Notes: a model not told the origin generated them from the sequence alone. A stretch of DNA of 64,000 bases from an uncultured Actinomycetota bacterium (GCA_963723815.1 CAVRSH010000045.1:48173-112172), one strand, 5' to 3'; shown: positions 45,191 to 57,954, counted from the first letter of the stretch. Numbers and translations: made by a program.

Positions 45191-45442
45191 GGACTTGGCG
45201 AGTTGATACGCGTGTGACTTGTGGGATACTGAAGGCGGTTCGGATCCCCATTTGGTCCGGGCCACGATCTGGTGGACGGCTATCTCTCCACCGCGACGAG
45301 CGGGCTGTTCGAGTGTGACGACAGCATCGTTTGACCGCGGGAGCGTCGACTCCATCGCATCGGTCCATGAACTTCCGCAGCCCGGCCGCGCGCCGGAGCG
45401 CGAAACGAGTATTGCGCGTGTAAGCGCCGTAGAGGAGTCCGG

Positions 45443-48119
45443 ATGCTCGATAACGAGCCCGACAACCACACCCAGGAATCACCCGAGCAGCCAGTCGCTC
45501 CGGTCGTCCGCCGCCGGCGGGCAGCCAGCCGACCAGCAGGTCCGCCGTCGTCCGCGCCCGATGCGCCACCGATCGAGCACACCGCGCCCGTCGAGGTGCC
45601 CGCTCCGGTCGCATCGGCCGAGCCGACCATCGAGGCAGCGGTCGAGGAGACACCGGTTGCGGACGCAGCGGTCGAGCCGACCCTGCCGGTGAAGAAGGCG
45701 GTCAAGAAAGCCGCCGCGAAACGCCCGGCGAAGAAGGCGGCCGCCGCGAAGACAGCTGAATCGGCCGATGCTGCCGCAGCCAAGCCGCCCCGGAAGCGGG
45801 CCGCCAAGAAGGTCGCTCCCGTCGCCCCGGAACCCGCCGACGAGGACCGGTCCGATGTTGCCGTCGCCCTGGAGGAGTTGACGGAGACCGTGGCCGAGCA
45901 CTCCGAGCCTGCTTCGAGTCGAGGAGTCCGCCGCTCCAGAGCTGCCCGAGCCTGAGCTACCTGAGGCCGAAGTCATTGCGGTAGCCGAGCCGGAGACGGA
46001 CGCTGAAGTTACGGCCGAAGCCGAGGCCACGGTCACAGTCGAGCCCCAGCCCGATCAAGCTGAGCCGTCGACGGCCGAGACGACCGAAGATCCCGAAGCC
46101 GAGGCCGAAACCGGCGAAGGTGATTCTCGCCGACGTCGCCGTCGTCGCGGGGGCCGCCGCCGCCGTCGCGGAGGCTCGGATGACGACTCAGGGGCGAGCG
46201 AGGCCAGCGACGACGAGGCGGCCACACCCGCCGCCGCGAGCGACGACGAGACCGACCAGCCGGTCGTCGAGGACGAGTCCGACAGCGACAGCGAAGGTGA
46301 TGGCGACGGCGACGGTCAGCGCCGCCGCCGCCGGCGCCGCCGCCGGAAGGGCGAGGAAGCCGTGTCCGCGCCCGACGATCCGACCGAGGTCGTGGTCCGC
46401 GTCCGTGAGCCGCGTCGGCAGCAGCAGAAGTCGAGCAACGAGGTCACCGGGATCGACGGGTCGACCCGGATGGAGGCCAAGCGTCAGCGACGCCGGGAAG
46501 GGCGAGAGGCCGGACGCCGGCGAGCGCCCATCCTCAGCGAAGCCGAGTTCCTGGCCCGCCGGGAGTCCGTCGTCCGGAAGATGATTGTCCGGCAGCAGGA
46601 GGATCTCGCTCAGATCGCCGTGCTCGAGGACGACATCCTGGTCGAGCACTATGTCGACCGCGACTCGGCCACTTCCTTGATCGGCAACGTCTATCTCGGC
46701 CGCGTACAGAACGTGCTGCCCTCGATGGAGGCCGCCTTCATCGACATCGGTCGCGGTCGCAACGCCGTGCTCTACGCCGGCGAGGTCGACTGGGACTCCT
46801 TCGGCGCCGAGGGCCAGAACCGCAAGGTCGAGAAGGTGCTGAAGTCCGGCCAGACGATCCTGGTCCAGGTGACCAAGGACCCGGTCGGGGCCAAGGGCGC
46901 CCGCCTGACCAACCACGTCTCGATCCCGGGTCGCTACATCGTCTACGCACCGGGCGGCCATCTCTCCGGCATCTCCCGCAAGCTGCCCGACATCGAGCGC
47001 CGCCGGCTGAAGGACATCTTGTCCGATCTGGTCGGCGAATCAGCCAGCGTGATCGTCCGCACCGCAGCCGAAGGTGCCAGTGAGGAGGAGCTGGTCCGCG
47101 ACGTCAACCGGCTCAAGGCCCAGTGGGAGGACATCGAGAAGAAGGTCAAGGCCGGGCAGGCGCCACAGCTGCTCTACGGCGAACCGGACCTCACCGTGCG
47201 CATCGTCCGCGACCTGTTCACCGAGGACTTCTCGGAGTTGATCATTCAGGGCAATGGCAGCTTGACCGACGCGTACGACGCCGTCGAGGCCTACGTCAAC
47301 CATGTGGCTCCGCACCTCAAGGATCGCCTGCGCCGTTGGGATGGCAGCCGACGGGCGTGATCTCTTCGGCGAGTACCGGCTGGACGAGCAGATCGCCAAA
47401 GGCCTGGAACGCAAGGTCTTCCTGCCCTCCGGTGGTTCCTTGATCATCGATCGCACCGAGGCCATGACGGTGATCGACGTGAACACCGGGAAGTTCACCG
47501 GGGCCGGTGGCAACCTGGAAGCGACGGTGACCAGCAACAACCTGGAGGCGGCCGAGGAGATCGTCCGCCAGCTCCGGCTGCGCGACATCGGCGGCATCAT
47601 CGTGATCGACTTCATCGACATGGTGCTGCCCAACAACCGCGAACTGCTGTTGCGCCGGCTGGTCGAGGGCCTCGGCCGGGACCGCACGCGGCACCAGGTG
47701 GCCGAGATCACCAGCCTCGGCCTGGTGCAGATGACCCGCAAGAAGATCGGTGCCGGGCTGCTGGAGGCGTTCAGCACCGAGTGCCCGCACTGCCACGGCC
47801 GCGGCGTCGAGTTGCACGACATGCCCGTCGACTCGCAGAAGCAGGCCGACGGCGGTACCCGCGAACCGCGCCCGCGGGATCGGCGCGGATCCGGATCGGT
47901 GGTGGCGGCAAGCCGTCCGACGCCGCGAAGTCTGCGGAGCCCCAGGGTGAGCGGCCGACCGAGGCCGACAAGCCCGTCCGTAACCGCCGCGGTGGACGGA
48001 GCCGGCGTGCGAGCGATGGCGGCGAGGGCCGCGACCAGGCTGCCGACTCCGGCGCGGAGCCGGAGTCCCAGCCCGGACCGCAGTCCGAGCCGCAATCCGA
48101 ACTGCAGCCCATCAGCTGA
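45443..48119 (+). CDS. rne: Ribonuclease E/G (frameshifted)
   Basis: Low-complexity N-terminus, EAEFLARRE, S1 segment GNVYLGRVQNVLPSMEAAF, KDPVGAKGARLT, IDVNTGKF, IVIDFIDM, CPHCHGRG. Confidence 0.95.
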
Positions 48120-48143
48120 GCGCGTGGCGGCTCCTGGTGAGCC

Positions 48144-48209
48144 GTTTGCGCGCACAACGGACCAAACATCCCCGATTCGTCCTGATATCGGGGCTGTTTG
48201 CGCGCACAA
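48144..48209. repeat. Intergenic repeat (gtttgcgcgcacaa twice, 52-bp period, internal hairpin)
   Basis: Copies at 48144 and 48196; ccccgat...atcgggg between them. Confidence 0.65.
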
Positions 48210-48242
48210 TCGCCCAGATGTCCGTCCGGGCATACTGACCAG

Positions 48243-49688
48243 GTGACTTCGGAGTCCAGCCAGCCGACCCCGGCGAACCCACTGGTCGTGGCGATCATCG
48301 GTGCCGGCCCGTCCGGCATCTACGCCGCCGAGGCGCTGAGTCAGCAGGTGGACGTGCCCGTCCGGGTGGCCGTGATCGATCGGCTGCCGGTGCCGTTCGG
48401 TCTGGTCCGGTACGGGGTCGCGCCCGATCACCACTCGATCCGCTCGATCCGCAACACCTTGGAACGGACGCTGGAGAAGTCGGACGTCCGCTTCTTCGGC
48501 AACGTGACCATCGGCACCGACATCTCCGTCGATGAGCTCCGGAACGCCGTCGACGCGGTCATCTACGCCTACGGTGCCGGTAGCGACAAGCGGCTGGAGA
48601 TCTCCGGTGAGGATCTGCCCGGCAGCATCGCGGCACCCGAATTCGTCGCCTGGTACTGCGGCCATCCCGACGTCCACCCCGACATCGACGCCGCAGCCAC
48701 CGGTGATCATCTGACCGCCGCCGGAATCGACCGGCTGCTCGTGACGTCGACGAGCGCCGTCGTCGTCGGCGTCGGCAACGTGGCGCTCGACGTCGCGCGG
48801 GTGCTGATCAAGTCCGCGGATCAGCTCGACGACACCGACATGGCCGACGAGGTGCTGGAATCCCTTGCCCACAAGCAGATCACCGACGTGCACGTCCTCG
48901 GTCGGCGCGGTCCCGCGTACACCTCCTTCACCACCAAGGAACTCCGCGAGCTGGGTCAGCTGCCCGGTGTCGACGTGATCGTGGACCCGGGGGACCTCGA
49001 GCTCGACGACTCCAGCCAGGCCGTGGTCGAGCGGAACAAGATCGCGGCGCGCAATCTCGCCGTACTGAAGGAGTGGGCCGGCCGGACGCCGACCGGAGCC
49101 GCCGGCCGAATCCACTTCCACTTCTGGACCAGGCCGATCAAGATCATCGGCAGCGACCGGGTCGCCGCTGTCGAGGTCGAACGCACCATGATCAACTCCG
49201 ACGGGTACGTGGTCGGCGCCGGTCCGACGAGCACCATCACGGCCCAGTTGATCATCCGCTCGGTGGGCTATCGAGGGGTGCTGCTGTCCGGCGTGCCGTT
49301 CGACGAGAGCACCGGGCGGGTGCCGCACGCCGAGGGCCGGGTGATCCGGGACGGCGACTTCTCGGCCGACGAGTACGTCACGGGCTGGATCAAGCGAGGT
49401 CCGACCGGGGTGATCGGCACCAACAAGTCCGATGCGGTGGAGACCGTCAACTCGTTGTTGGCCGATGTGCACGACGGCGCCGTCCAAGCCCACGGCCGCA
49501 GTGATCACCTTGATCGACTGCTGGCCGGCCGCGGCATCCAGGCACTCGACATGCCGGCCTGGCACCGGATCGACGCGGCTGAGATCGAGCTCGGCTCCAC
49601 TCACGGCCGGGTGCGCACGACTCTGGCCCACCGACACGACCTGCTCGCCGCGGCCGAGGACGGCGGTTCCGGACCCGCCGATCAGTGA
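48243..49688 (+). CDS. Ferredoxin/adrenodoxin--NADP+ reductase (FprA-like)
   Basis: IIGAGPSG, PFGLVRYGVAPDH, VGVGNVALDVAR, GWIKRGPTGVIGTNK. Confidence 0.92.
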   Translation: MTSESSQPTPANPLVVAIIGAGPSGIYAAEALSQQVDVPVRVAVIDRLPVPFGLVRYGVAPDHHSIRSIRNTLERTLEKSDVRFFGNVTIGTDISVDELRNAVDAVIYAYGAGSDKRLEISGEDLPGSIAAPEFVAWYCGHPDVHPDIDAAATGDHLTAAGIDRLLVTSTSAVVVGVGNVALDVARVLIKSADQLDDTDMADEVLESLAHKQITDVHVLGRRGPAYTSFTTKELRELGQLPGVDVIVDPGDLELDDSSQAVVERNKIAARNLAVLKEWAGRTPTGAAGRIHFHFWTRPIKIIGSDRVAAVEVERTMINSDGYVVGAGPTSTITAQLIIRSVGYRGVLLSGVPFDESTGRVPHAEGRVIRDGDFSADEYVTGWIKRGPTGVIGTNKSDAVETVNSLLADVHDGAVQAHGRSDHLDRLLAGRGIQALDMPAWHRIDAAEIELGSTHGRVRTTLAHRHDLLAAAEDGGSGPADQ

Positions 49689-49793
49689 TCATCTGGACTC
49701 CGGCCGGGGGGCAGTTTGTCCGGTTCAGGTACGTAGATCAGGGGATGGCTGCACATTAGGCTGTTGGGGTCCAGCCAGGGGGATGAGCGCATT

Positions 49794-52416
49794 GTGACCG
49801 GAGCGACCTCGATGATCGCCCGACAGGCCGAACTCGACCGTGCTCTGCACAGCCTGCGATTCTCCGGGGGCGTGATGATCACCGGCGCGGCCGGGCTGGG
49901 GAAGACGATGCTGGCCGCCACCGTCGCCGAGCGGCTCAGCAACCCGCCGGTCGCCTGGGTGGTGGCCACGGCCGCCAGCCGGACCACCCCGCTCGGCGCG
50001 CTCGGCGGCCTGCTGCCGCCGGACCTGGCGACCATCCATCCGGCGCTGGTCGCGCAGCACGTGAGCACCCGGCTCCGCGAGCTCAGCCGGGCCGACCAAC
50101 GCAGCAACGTGCCCCCGGTGCTGGTGGTGGACGACACCCAGTTGCTCGATGCCCAGTCGTCCGCGGTCCTGCTGTCACTCGTCACGGCCAAGTCGCTGCG
50201 GCTGCTCGCCACCATGCGGGTCGGCGGCACGCCGTCTGACGCGGTGACCGCTCTGTGGAAGGAGGGCTTGGTCGATCGGCTGGACCTGGAGCCCCTCGAT
50301 CGCGCGGCCAGCAAGCGCCTGCTGGAGGCTCAGCTCAACGGACCGGTGGCCACCGGAACGCTCGAGACGCTCTGGCAGAGCAGCAACGGCAATCCCTTCT
50401 ATCTCAGCGAGTTGGCCCGGTTCGGTGCTGATCATGGTCAGCTGGAACTCAAGTCGGGCGTCTGGTGGTGGATCGGCGGATCGGAGATGCCGCCGCGGCT
50501 CAGTGAGCTGCTGCAACGCCGGATCGACGCCCTGCCGGAGGACGCCCGGGAGGCGGTCGACGTTCTCGCGCTGGGTGAGCCGCTGCCGTACGAGACCCTC
50601 GCGTCGGTGGTCAGCGAGGACGCGATCATGGCGCTGGACCGGAGTCAGATCGTCACCAGCGACGAGCAGGACGGGGTGCTGCGGCTGCGCTTCTCCCACC
50701 CGCTGCTGCACACCGTGGCCGAGCGACAGCTCAGCGCCACCCGTCGTCGCGCCCTGTCCCGTCGACTGCGCGAGGCGCCGGCCGACCACGTCGACATCGT
50801 CCGCCGGGCCACCTGGGAGGACGCCGGCGGTGGCGCGCCGAACGTCGAGCTGATGCTGGCCGCCGCTGATGCCGTCCTGATGAACGATCCGGCTGCCGCC
50901 TTGCGGCTCGCGCGGCGGGCCCAGCAGGCCCGGAACAGCGTGCTGGCGGCCAAGACCGTGGCGGCCGCCCACTGCGAGCTCGGCCGGCCGGATCTGGCCC
51001 GTGGTGTGTTGGACGCGGCCATCGGGCTCATCACCAGCGACGACGACCGGCTGACCTACGCCGCCGAGGACCTCAGCCTGGCGTTGTGGGGCGAGCGCGA
51101 TCCACAGCGCGCCTGGGCGATCGTCGACCGGCTGCGCTCCGAGCTGCCCGGCGTCGGACAACGCCGTGCTCGGGGCGGAAGCCGTCGTCCGGCTGTTCAC
51201 CGGGGGGTGCGTCGAGGTGATCGGCTTGGCGCGGCAGATCCTCGACAGCGAGCCCGATCCCAGCTCGCGGATCCGCGCGCTGACCTGCCTGACCGGGGCC
51301 CTGGCCTTCGCCGATCGCGGCCCTGAGGCGATCGCTGCCGGACAGCAGTTGCTCGATGCACTCGCGGAGACGCGCGTCTCGGCGACCCGGACCGGGTTGG
51401 CGTACGCGCTGGTCGCGGCGACCGGAGTTTTCTACGGCGTCGAGTACCAGCTGCCGCGACCGGTGGGTACCTCCGGCCGCTGGCCCGGCGAGCCCGAGCA
51501 GCTGAAGGGGCCGACCGTCATTTCCGCGGCCGGCGGCCCCGACGGCGAGCTGGATTCGTCGACCGATCTCGGTTGGCCCTTCCTCGTCGGCCTCCGGCGG
51601 CATTTCCTCGGTGACCTGGAAGGTGCGGTGGCGCCGCTGCGCGAGGCCTATGTGCAGCAGCAGTCCGGGACCGGGCTGTTCCGGTCCGAGGCCACGGCGG
51701 AACTGGTGATCGTGCTGGCCGAACTGGGTCAGTACGACGAGGCGGCCACGATCATGCGGGACCATCCACCGGACGCGATCGCGATCATTCCCGGTCTGGC
51801 GGCCTGGGCCCAGTCGGCCGTCGACGCAGCCGCCGGGCACCACTCGCGCGCCACCGAACTGGCGATCGACGCGGCGCGCACCGCCGCCGCCACCGGTGCG
51901 GCCGCGATGGCGATGAACTTCCTCACCGACGCCGCCCGCTACGGCGACGCGCGGCAGGCCGCCGCGGTGCTGCCCAGCCTGGGGCTGCCGCTGGACACCG
52001 ACCTGCAGCGGGTCCGGGCGGCGGATGTGCTGGCCCGGGCGCGGCGCGACCCGCAGGTTCTGCTCGATGCGGCCGAGGCCCAGCTCGCGGCCGGCTTCAA
52101 TCGGCACGCCTGGGAGCTGGCCGAGCTGGCCCGAGCCGCCGACAGCCAGGGCGCCTTCGGGCGGCGTATCGCCGCGGTCGGCCGGCAGTCGAAGGAACGT
52201 CTGGGCGCCGCCCCAGGATCGGCGGCCGCGCTGGCACCGAGCCCGCTGACCCAACGGGAGACCGAGGTCGCCCGGCTCGCCGGTCGGGGTCTGTCTGACC
52301 GGGAGATTGCCGACGATCTCGTGCTGTCGATCCGCACCGTGCAGAGCCACCTCGCCTCGGCCTACCGCAAGCTCGGCATCACCTCGCGCAACGAACTCGG
52401 CAGCCTGCTGCCCTGA
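49794..52416 (+). CDS. Large ATP-binding LuxR-family (LAL) regulator (frameshift near 51160)
   Basis: GAAGLGKT, VVDDTQLLD, SNGNPFYL, C-terminal LTQRETEVARL...TVQSHLASAYRKLG. Confidence 0.9.
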
Positions 52417-52435
52417 CCCAGAAGTGACCGAGGCC

Positions 52436-52822
52436 TCAGCCCGCCGGGGCGACCAGTTTGGTCAGCAGGATGCTCAGCGTGCGTTCGGGATTCTCGGTCA
52501 TCCCGGCGTGCACCGGAGAGGGCTGGACCACGGTGCTGCGCGGCGCGGTCAGCATCCCGAAGCGGGTGGCCAGCCCGCTGTTCTCCCGGGCGGAGCCGTG
52601 TTCGTGCCGGCACGCGGTGACCACCGCCTCGGCGGAGGTGAGGACCGCGTCGAGATCGACGTCCTGGGCCAGCGCGCGCAGCCGCACGTCGTCGACCACC
52701 ACGGACGCGTGCAGGTAGTTGAGTTCCTGGCAGTAGAGGATCACGCCGATATTGATGAACTCACCGCGGTCGACCCGGGGCACGGCCCGCAAAACCGCGT
52801 ACTGGAAGGCATGGACACTCAC
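52436..52822 (-). CDS. DUF3037-domain protein
   Basis: FQYAVLRAVPRVDRGEFINIGVILYC, RFGMLTAPRSTVVQPSPVHAG. Confidence 0.85.
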   Translation of the reverse strand: MSVHAFQYAVLRAVPRVDRGEFINIGVILYCQELNYLHASVVVDDVRLRALAQDVDLDAVLTSAEAVVTACRHEHGSARENSGLATRFGMLTAPRSTVVQPSPVHAGMTENPERTLSILLTKLVAPAG

Positions 52823-53577
52823 CGCAGCCACCGATCGGCCGCGGCGAGCCGGGTCAGCAGGTAGTCGACGTAGGCGCTCCGGGCGGCCGCGGCATCGGCG
52901 GGTGCGTTGGGATCGGGGCGCGTGGGGTCGGGCAGCAACCACGAGTCCGGGACCAGTTCGACCACCGACTCCAGCACGTCGGCCGTGACCTGGGGAGCGA
53001 GTTGATCATGGACGGCACGCGGTCGGCCGATGCCGGCCAGCACGTGGTCCTGGTAGTTGTACGCCGACGCGGCGAAGGCCTCCGGCGATCCCCAGGCGTG
53101 ATGGAACCGAAGGCAGGCGCCGTGGTCGATCGCGTACAGATTGCGGTGCCAGATCAGCAGATTGGTGTTCCGTGCACTGCGGTCGACATTGGCCACGAAC
53201 GCGTCCAGCCAGACGATCCGGGCGGCGTCCTCGGCCATCAGTTCGAAGGTGCGGTCGTAACCGACCGATCCGGGCAGGAAATCGCTCGCGAGGTTGAGCC
53301 CGGCGCTCGCCGAGAGCAGCGCCTGCACTTCCTGATCCGGCTCGCGGCGGCCGATTTCGGCATCGAGCTCGATCAGCGCCAGTTCCGGAACCAGGATGTC
53401 GAGCCGCCGGGCGAGCTCCCCGACCACGATCTCGGCCACCAGTGCCTTCGGGCCCTGACCAGCTCCGGTGAACTTGACCACGTAGGTGCCGTCGTCGTCG
53501 GCCTCCATCAGTCCCGGGAGCGAGCCGCCTTCGCGCAGCGGCGTGAGGTAGGCGGTGGCCGCGATCCGGGGAAGCAC
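52819..53577 (-). CDS. HipA-like kinase
   Basis: YLTPLREGGSLPG, YVVKF, LVAE, NVDRSARNTNLL, AIDHG; 4-nt overlap with DUF3037. Confidence 0.85.
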   Translation of the reverse strand: MLPRIAATAYLTPLREGGSLPGLMEADDDGTYVVKFTGAGQGPKALVAEIVVGELARRLDILVPELALIELDAEIGRREPDQEVQALLSASAGLNLASDFLPGSVGYDRTFELMAEDAARIVWLDAFVANVDRSARNTNLLIWHRNLYAIDHGACLRFHHAWGSPEAFAASAYNYQDHVLAGIGRPRAVHDQLAPQVTADVLESVVELVPDSWLLPDPTRPDPNAPADAAAARSAYVDYLLTRLAAADRWLR

Positions 53578-53640
53578 GCGTTCATTATTGGGGCGAATGG
53601 CCGTGGCCGCTCGCTGCGGCCAATTTCTGCGTGTCGAGTA

Positions 53641-54220
53641 TCAGGTGCGGTGATAGGACGCGATGACTACGCCCTTGGAAGTGGTCAGGCTGTCCACCAG
53701 TTCCAGCTTCAACTCCGTTGCGTCTTCGAAGAGCCGCCGTCCCTGCCCGAGGACGAGCGGATGGATCAGCAGCGTGAGCCCGTCGACCAGGTCGGCCGCC
53801 AGCAGCGAGCGGAGCAGTCGAGCACTGCCGACAATGCCGAGGTCCGGCCCTGACCCGGCCTTGAGTTCCGCCACCGTCTCGGCTGGGTCGCCGGGCAGCA
53901 CCGTGGAGTTCTGCCAGGGCAGCGGGTCGGTCAGGGTGCTTGACACCACGTACTTCTGCACCTGGTTGAGGTGACCCGTGAACGGATTGTCCGTCTGGTG
54001 GGGCCAGTAGCCGGCGAAGTCCTCATAGGTGCGCCGACCGAAGAGCATCGCTGAGGTGCCGCCCATGCCCTCGCCCATCTTCTGCATCATCACGTCGTCG
54101 CCGTACGGGACCGCCCAACCGCCGCGATCGAACCCGTCACGGGTGTCCTCGTCACTGCGTCCGGGCGCCTGGATCACTCCGTCGAGAGCTGATACTCATG
54201 GTGGCGTTGATCGTGGCCAT
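53641..54220 (-). CDS. RibD C-terminal/dihydrofolate reductase-family protein (5' frameshift)
   Basis: DGVIQAPG...GGW, LFGRRTYE, LLIHPLVLGQGRRLF. Confidence 0.88.
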
Positions 54221-54396
54221 AGCGCGCTCCTTCCGAGAGTTTCGGCCGACATTACGCCGGCGGCCGGGCGGTTTGACCGGGCCGGACCGGCCCGCGTAAC
54301 CTAGACCCTCGGTGCGCGCTTCGGCGTGCACCTGTTGTGTGCACGTTGACCATTCGCGGCACACGATCAACCGACATCGAAGAGAGTAGGTCAGGC

Positions 54397-54705
54397 GTGT
54401 ACGCGATCGTGCGTAGTGGCGGCCGCCAGCACAAGGTCGCCGTCGGCGACGTCCTCGAGATCGACCGCGTCGACGACGTGGCGGGTTCGACCGTGAATCT
54501 GACCCCGCTGTTGCTGGTCGACGGCGATACGGTGACCGCTGACTCGGCCGCACTCGGCTCGGTTTCGGTGACCGCAGAGGTCCTGGCCGAGACCAAAGGC
54601 CCGAAGATCCACATCCTGAAGTACAAGAACAAGACCGGCTACCGCAAGCGCCAGGGGCACCGTCAGAAGTACACCCAGGTCAAGGTCACCGGGATCGAGA
54701 GCTGA
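54397..54705 (+). CDS. rplU: 50S ribosomal protein L21
   Basis: [13 protein letters not shown]...[17 protein letters not shown]. Confidence 0.99.
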   Translation: MYAIVRSGGRQHKVAVGDVLEIDRVDDVAGSTVNLTPLLLVDGDTVTADSAALGSVSVTAEVLAETKGPKIHILKYKNKTGYRKRQGHRQKYTQVKVTGIES

Positions 54706-54714
54706 GGTAGCGAC

Positions 54715-54987
54715 ATGGCACACAAGAAGGGCGCATCCTCGACCCGCAACGGTCGGGACTCCAATGCCCAACGGCTCGGCGTGAAGCGCTTCGGCGGCCA
54801 GTTGGTCAACGCCGGCGAGATCATCGTCCGGCAGCGCGGCACCCACTTCCACCCGGGCGACGGCGTCGGCCGGGGCGGCGACGACACGCTCTTCGCGCTG
54901 GTCGGCGGCCACGTCGAGTTCGGCACCAAGCGCGGCCGGCGCGTCGTCAACATCACTCCGGCCTCCGAGACTCCCGCCTCGGTCTGA
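54715..54987 (+). CDS. rpmA: 50S ribosomal protein L27
   Basis: [24 protein letters not shown]. Confidence 0.99.
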   Translation: MAHKKGASSTRNGRDSNAQRLGVKRFGGQLVNAGEIIVRQRGTHFHPGDGVGRGGDDTLFALVGGHVEFGTKRGRRVVNITPASETPASV

Positions 54988-55005
54988 CCGCGCACCACAC
55001 TTCAA

Positions 55006-55038
55006 CACGAGGGTGACTCCATTGCGGAGTCACCCTCG
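55006..55038 (+). terminator. Hairpin after rpmA
   Basis: acgagggtgactcc-attgc-ggagtcaccctcgt. Confidence 0.7.
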
Positions 55039-55211
55039 TGGTTTCCAGGTGGCTGGGGTCGGTTTCCCATGTATACGTGGGACCGGCACTGTACCCAGGA
55101 AACATCCTGGGTACAGCGACAGGAAACTGGGTAAAGCGACGCTTCGCGATCGCGCTGGCACGCCGATATTGGTCGGGCTTCACCGGCCTGCGCCGGTAGG
55201 CTCGGCGGGTC

Positions 55212-56669
55212 ATGGCTATTCCCTCCTTCGTCGATCGCGTCACTCTGCACACCTACGGGGGCAACGGCGGCAACGGCTGCGCATCGGTGCACCGGGAGAA
55301 GTTCAAGCCGCTCGGCGGGCCGGACGGTGGCAACGGCGGCAGTGGCGGTTCGGTGATCCTGCGCGTCGATCCCTCGCTCACGACGCTGGTCGACTACCAC
55401 CGCCAGTCGCACCGGCGGGCCGGCAACGGACAGCCGGGCAAGGGCGACCACAACAACGGTGCGACCGGGGAAGACATCGTGCTCGCGGTGCCGGACGGCA
55501 CGGTCGTCACCGATGCCGATTCCGGTGAGGTTCTGGCCGACCTGACCGGTGAGGGCGCCGAAATCGTCGTCGCGCAGGGCGGTCGCGGCGGTCTCGGCAA
55601 TGCCGCACTCGCCTCGGCCAGCCGCAAGGCACCGGGATTCGCGCTCCTCGGCGAGGAGGGCGAGACCCGGTCGGTCACTCTCGAGCTCAAGGTGGTCGCC
55701 GATGTCGGCCTGGTCGGCTTCCCCAGCGCCGGCAAGTCGTCGCTGATCGCGGCCATCTCGCGCGCCCGGCCGAAGATCGCCGACTACCCGTTCACCACCC
55801 TGATCCCCAATCTGGGCGTCGTGGTGGCCGGTGACGTCACCTACACCGTGGCCGACGTCCCGGGTCTGATCGAGGGGGCGAGCGAGGGACGCGGCCTCGG
55901 CTTCGACTTCCTCCGCCACATCGAACGCTGCGCCGCGTTGGTGCACGTCATCGACTGCGCGACGTTCGATCCGGGCCGCGACCCGATGACCGACCTCGAC
56001 GTGATCGAGGCCGAGCTGGTCGCGCACGGCGGCCTGGAGGATCGGCCGCGGCTGGTCGCCCTGAACAAGGTCGACGTCCCGGATGCGGCCGAGCTGGCCG
56101 ACCTGGTGGCGGGTGATCTGCGCGCCCGAGGCTTGAAGGTCTTCGAGATCTCGACCAAGACCGGTCACGGTCTGCAGGCCCTGACCTTCGCGATGGCCGA
56201 GCTGGTCGTCGCCCGTCGGGCCAGCGCGCCGCCTCCCGCGCCGGCCCGGATCGTGATCCGCCCGCGCCCGGTCGGGCATCAGGCCGAGTTCGCCATCAGC
56301 CGCGAGGACGAGCTGTGGCGGGTGCGCGGCGAGAAGCCGGAGCGCTGGGTACGCCAGACCGACTTCGGCAACGCCGAGGCGGTCGGCTACCTCGCTGATC
56401 GGCTCAACCGGATCGGGATCGAGGATCGGCTGCTGGAACTCGGGGCCCGAGCCGGCGACGGGGTGGCCATCGGTGGAGCGGACGCGGTGGTCTTCGACTT
56501 CGCTCCGCAGATCGACATCGGCGCCGAGATTCTCAGCCGGCGCGGCGAGGACCAGCGGTTCGCCGAGGAGCGGCCCGCTGCCCAGCGTCGCCGGGAGAAG
56601 GACCGGCAGTATCACGACGACGTCGACGAGGAGATCAATCCGAGCGGCTCCGGGCTGCCGAATGCGTGA
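55212..56669 (+). CDS. obgE: GTPase ObgE/CgtA
   Basis: [42 protein letters not shown]. Confidence 0.98.
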   Translation: MAIPSFVDRVTLHTYGGNGGNGCASVHREKFKPLGGPDGGNGGSGGSVILRVDPSLTTLVDYHRQSHRRAGNGQPGKGDHNNGATGEDIVLAVPDGTVVTDADSGEVLADLTGEGAEIVVAQGGRGGLGNAALASASRKAPGFALLGEEGETRSVTLELKVVADVGLVGFPSAGKSSLIAAISRARPKIADYPFTTLIPNLGVVVAGDVTYTVADVPGLIEGASEGRGLGFDFLRHIERCAALVHVIDCATFDPGRDPMTDLDVIEAELVAHGGLEDRPRLVALNKVDVPDAAELADLVAGDLRARGLKVFEISTKTGHGLQALTFAMAELVVARRASAPPPAPARIVIRPRPVGHQAEFAISREDELWRVRGEKPERWVRQTDFGNAEAVGYLADRLNRIGIEDRLLELGARAGDGVAIGGADAVVFDFAPQIDIGAEILSRRGEDQRFAEERPAAQRRREKDRQYHDDVDEEINPSGSGLPNA

Positions 56670-57792
56670 GCAGATCACGCACGCTCGCCGCGTGGTGGTC
56701 AAGGTCGGCTCGTCGTCGCTGACCACCACCGAGGGTGGCATCGACCCCGACCGGATCGGCCGGCTGGTCGAGGCCCTGGCCAGGGCTCGGCTGGCCGACC
56801 GGGAGATCGTGCTCGTGTCCTCCGGCGCGATCGCGGCGGGACTCGCGCCGCTCGGGCTGCGCACCCGGCCGCGCGATCTGGCCACCCAGCAGGCAGCCGC
56901 GTCGGTCGGTCAGGGCCTGCTGATGGGTTACTACACCCAACTCTTCGCCGAGCACGGTCTCGGGGTCGGCCAGATCCTGCTGACGGTCGACGACGTCACC
57001 CGGCAGGGGCACTACCGCAACGCCTATCGCACCTTCGGCCGACTGCTGGAGCTCGGGGTGGTGCCGATCGTCAACGAGAACGACACGGTAGCCACTCAGG
57101 AGATCCGGTTCGGCGACAACGACCGGCTGGCGGCACTGGTCGCGCACCTTGTCCACGCCGACGCGCTGATCTTGCTCAGCGACGTGGATGCCCTCTACTC
57201 CGAGAAGCCGTCCAGGCCGACCGCGGTCAAGATCACCGACGTGCACGGTGACGATGATCTTGCTCGACGTCGACTTCGCCGTACGCGGCAGTGCGATCGG
57301 CACCGGGGGCATGATCACCAAGATCGATGCCGCTCGGATCGCCACCTCAGCAGGGATCCCGGTCGTGCTCACCGCTGCTGATCATGCTCGGGCTGCGCTC
57401 TCCGGCGAAGCCGGTCGGCACGCTCTTCCACCCCACCGGGCGGCGACGACCGACCCGGCTGCTCTGGCTGCGGCACGTCAGCGATGCGCGGGGGACGCTG
57501 GTGCTCGACGCCGGCGCGGTCCGCGCGGTCACCGAGCGCAACGCCTCCTTGCTGCCGGCCGGGGTCACTGCGGTGATCGGGCAGTTCGCGGCCGGTGAAC
57601 CGGTCAATCTGGCCGGTCCGGACGGGCAGGTCGTGGCCCGTGGACTGGTCAACTACGACGCCGACGAACTGCCGGCCCTGCTCGGTCGCAGCACCCGCGA
57701 GTTGTCCGCCGAACTCGGGGCCGGCTACGACCGGACGGTGGTGCACCGTGATGCCCTGGTGGTCATCGAGCAGTGCCGACCTCACCGGATAG
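56662..57792 (+). CDS. proB: Glutamate 5-kinase with PUA domain (frameshifted; end approximate)
   Basis: [45 protein letters not shown]. Confidence 0.95.
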
Positions 57793-57954
57793 TCGGTTTG
57801 ACGGCGCGCAGATTGCGCTATCACAACAGTCGGCGCTTTCAGCATGCTCTTGGGATAGTGTCAGGTTTCGACCGTCCGATCGCTAACGCGCGACGCGACC
57901 CAGCAGATGCTCGACCAGCGACGCGCGTTGCCCGCAAGATTTGAGGTATATGCG

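Noticed and set aside
45500-46350. Low-complexity Ala/Lys/Glu/Arg repeats as a separate element
   Set aside because: Normal disordered N-terminal region of actinobacterial RNase E.
47040-49637. 865-aa minus-strand ORF and similar long antisense ORFs (3176-4897, 55002-56885)
   Set aside because: Shadows of rne/fprA, clpX and obgE caused by GC3 bias.
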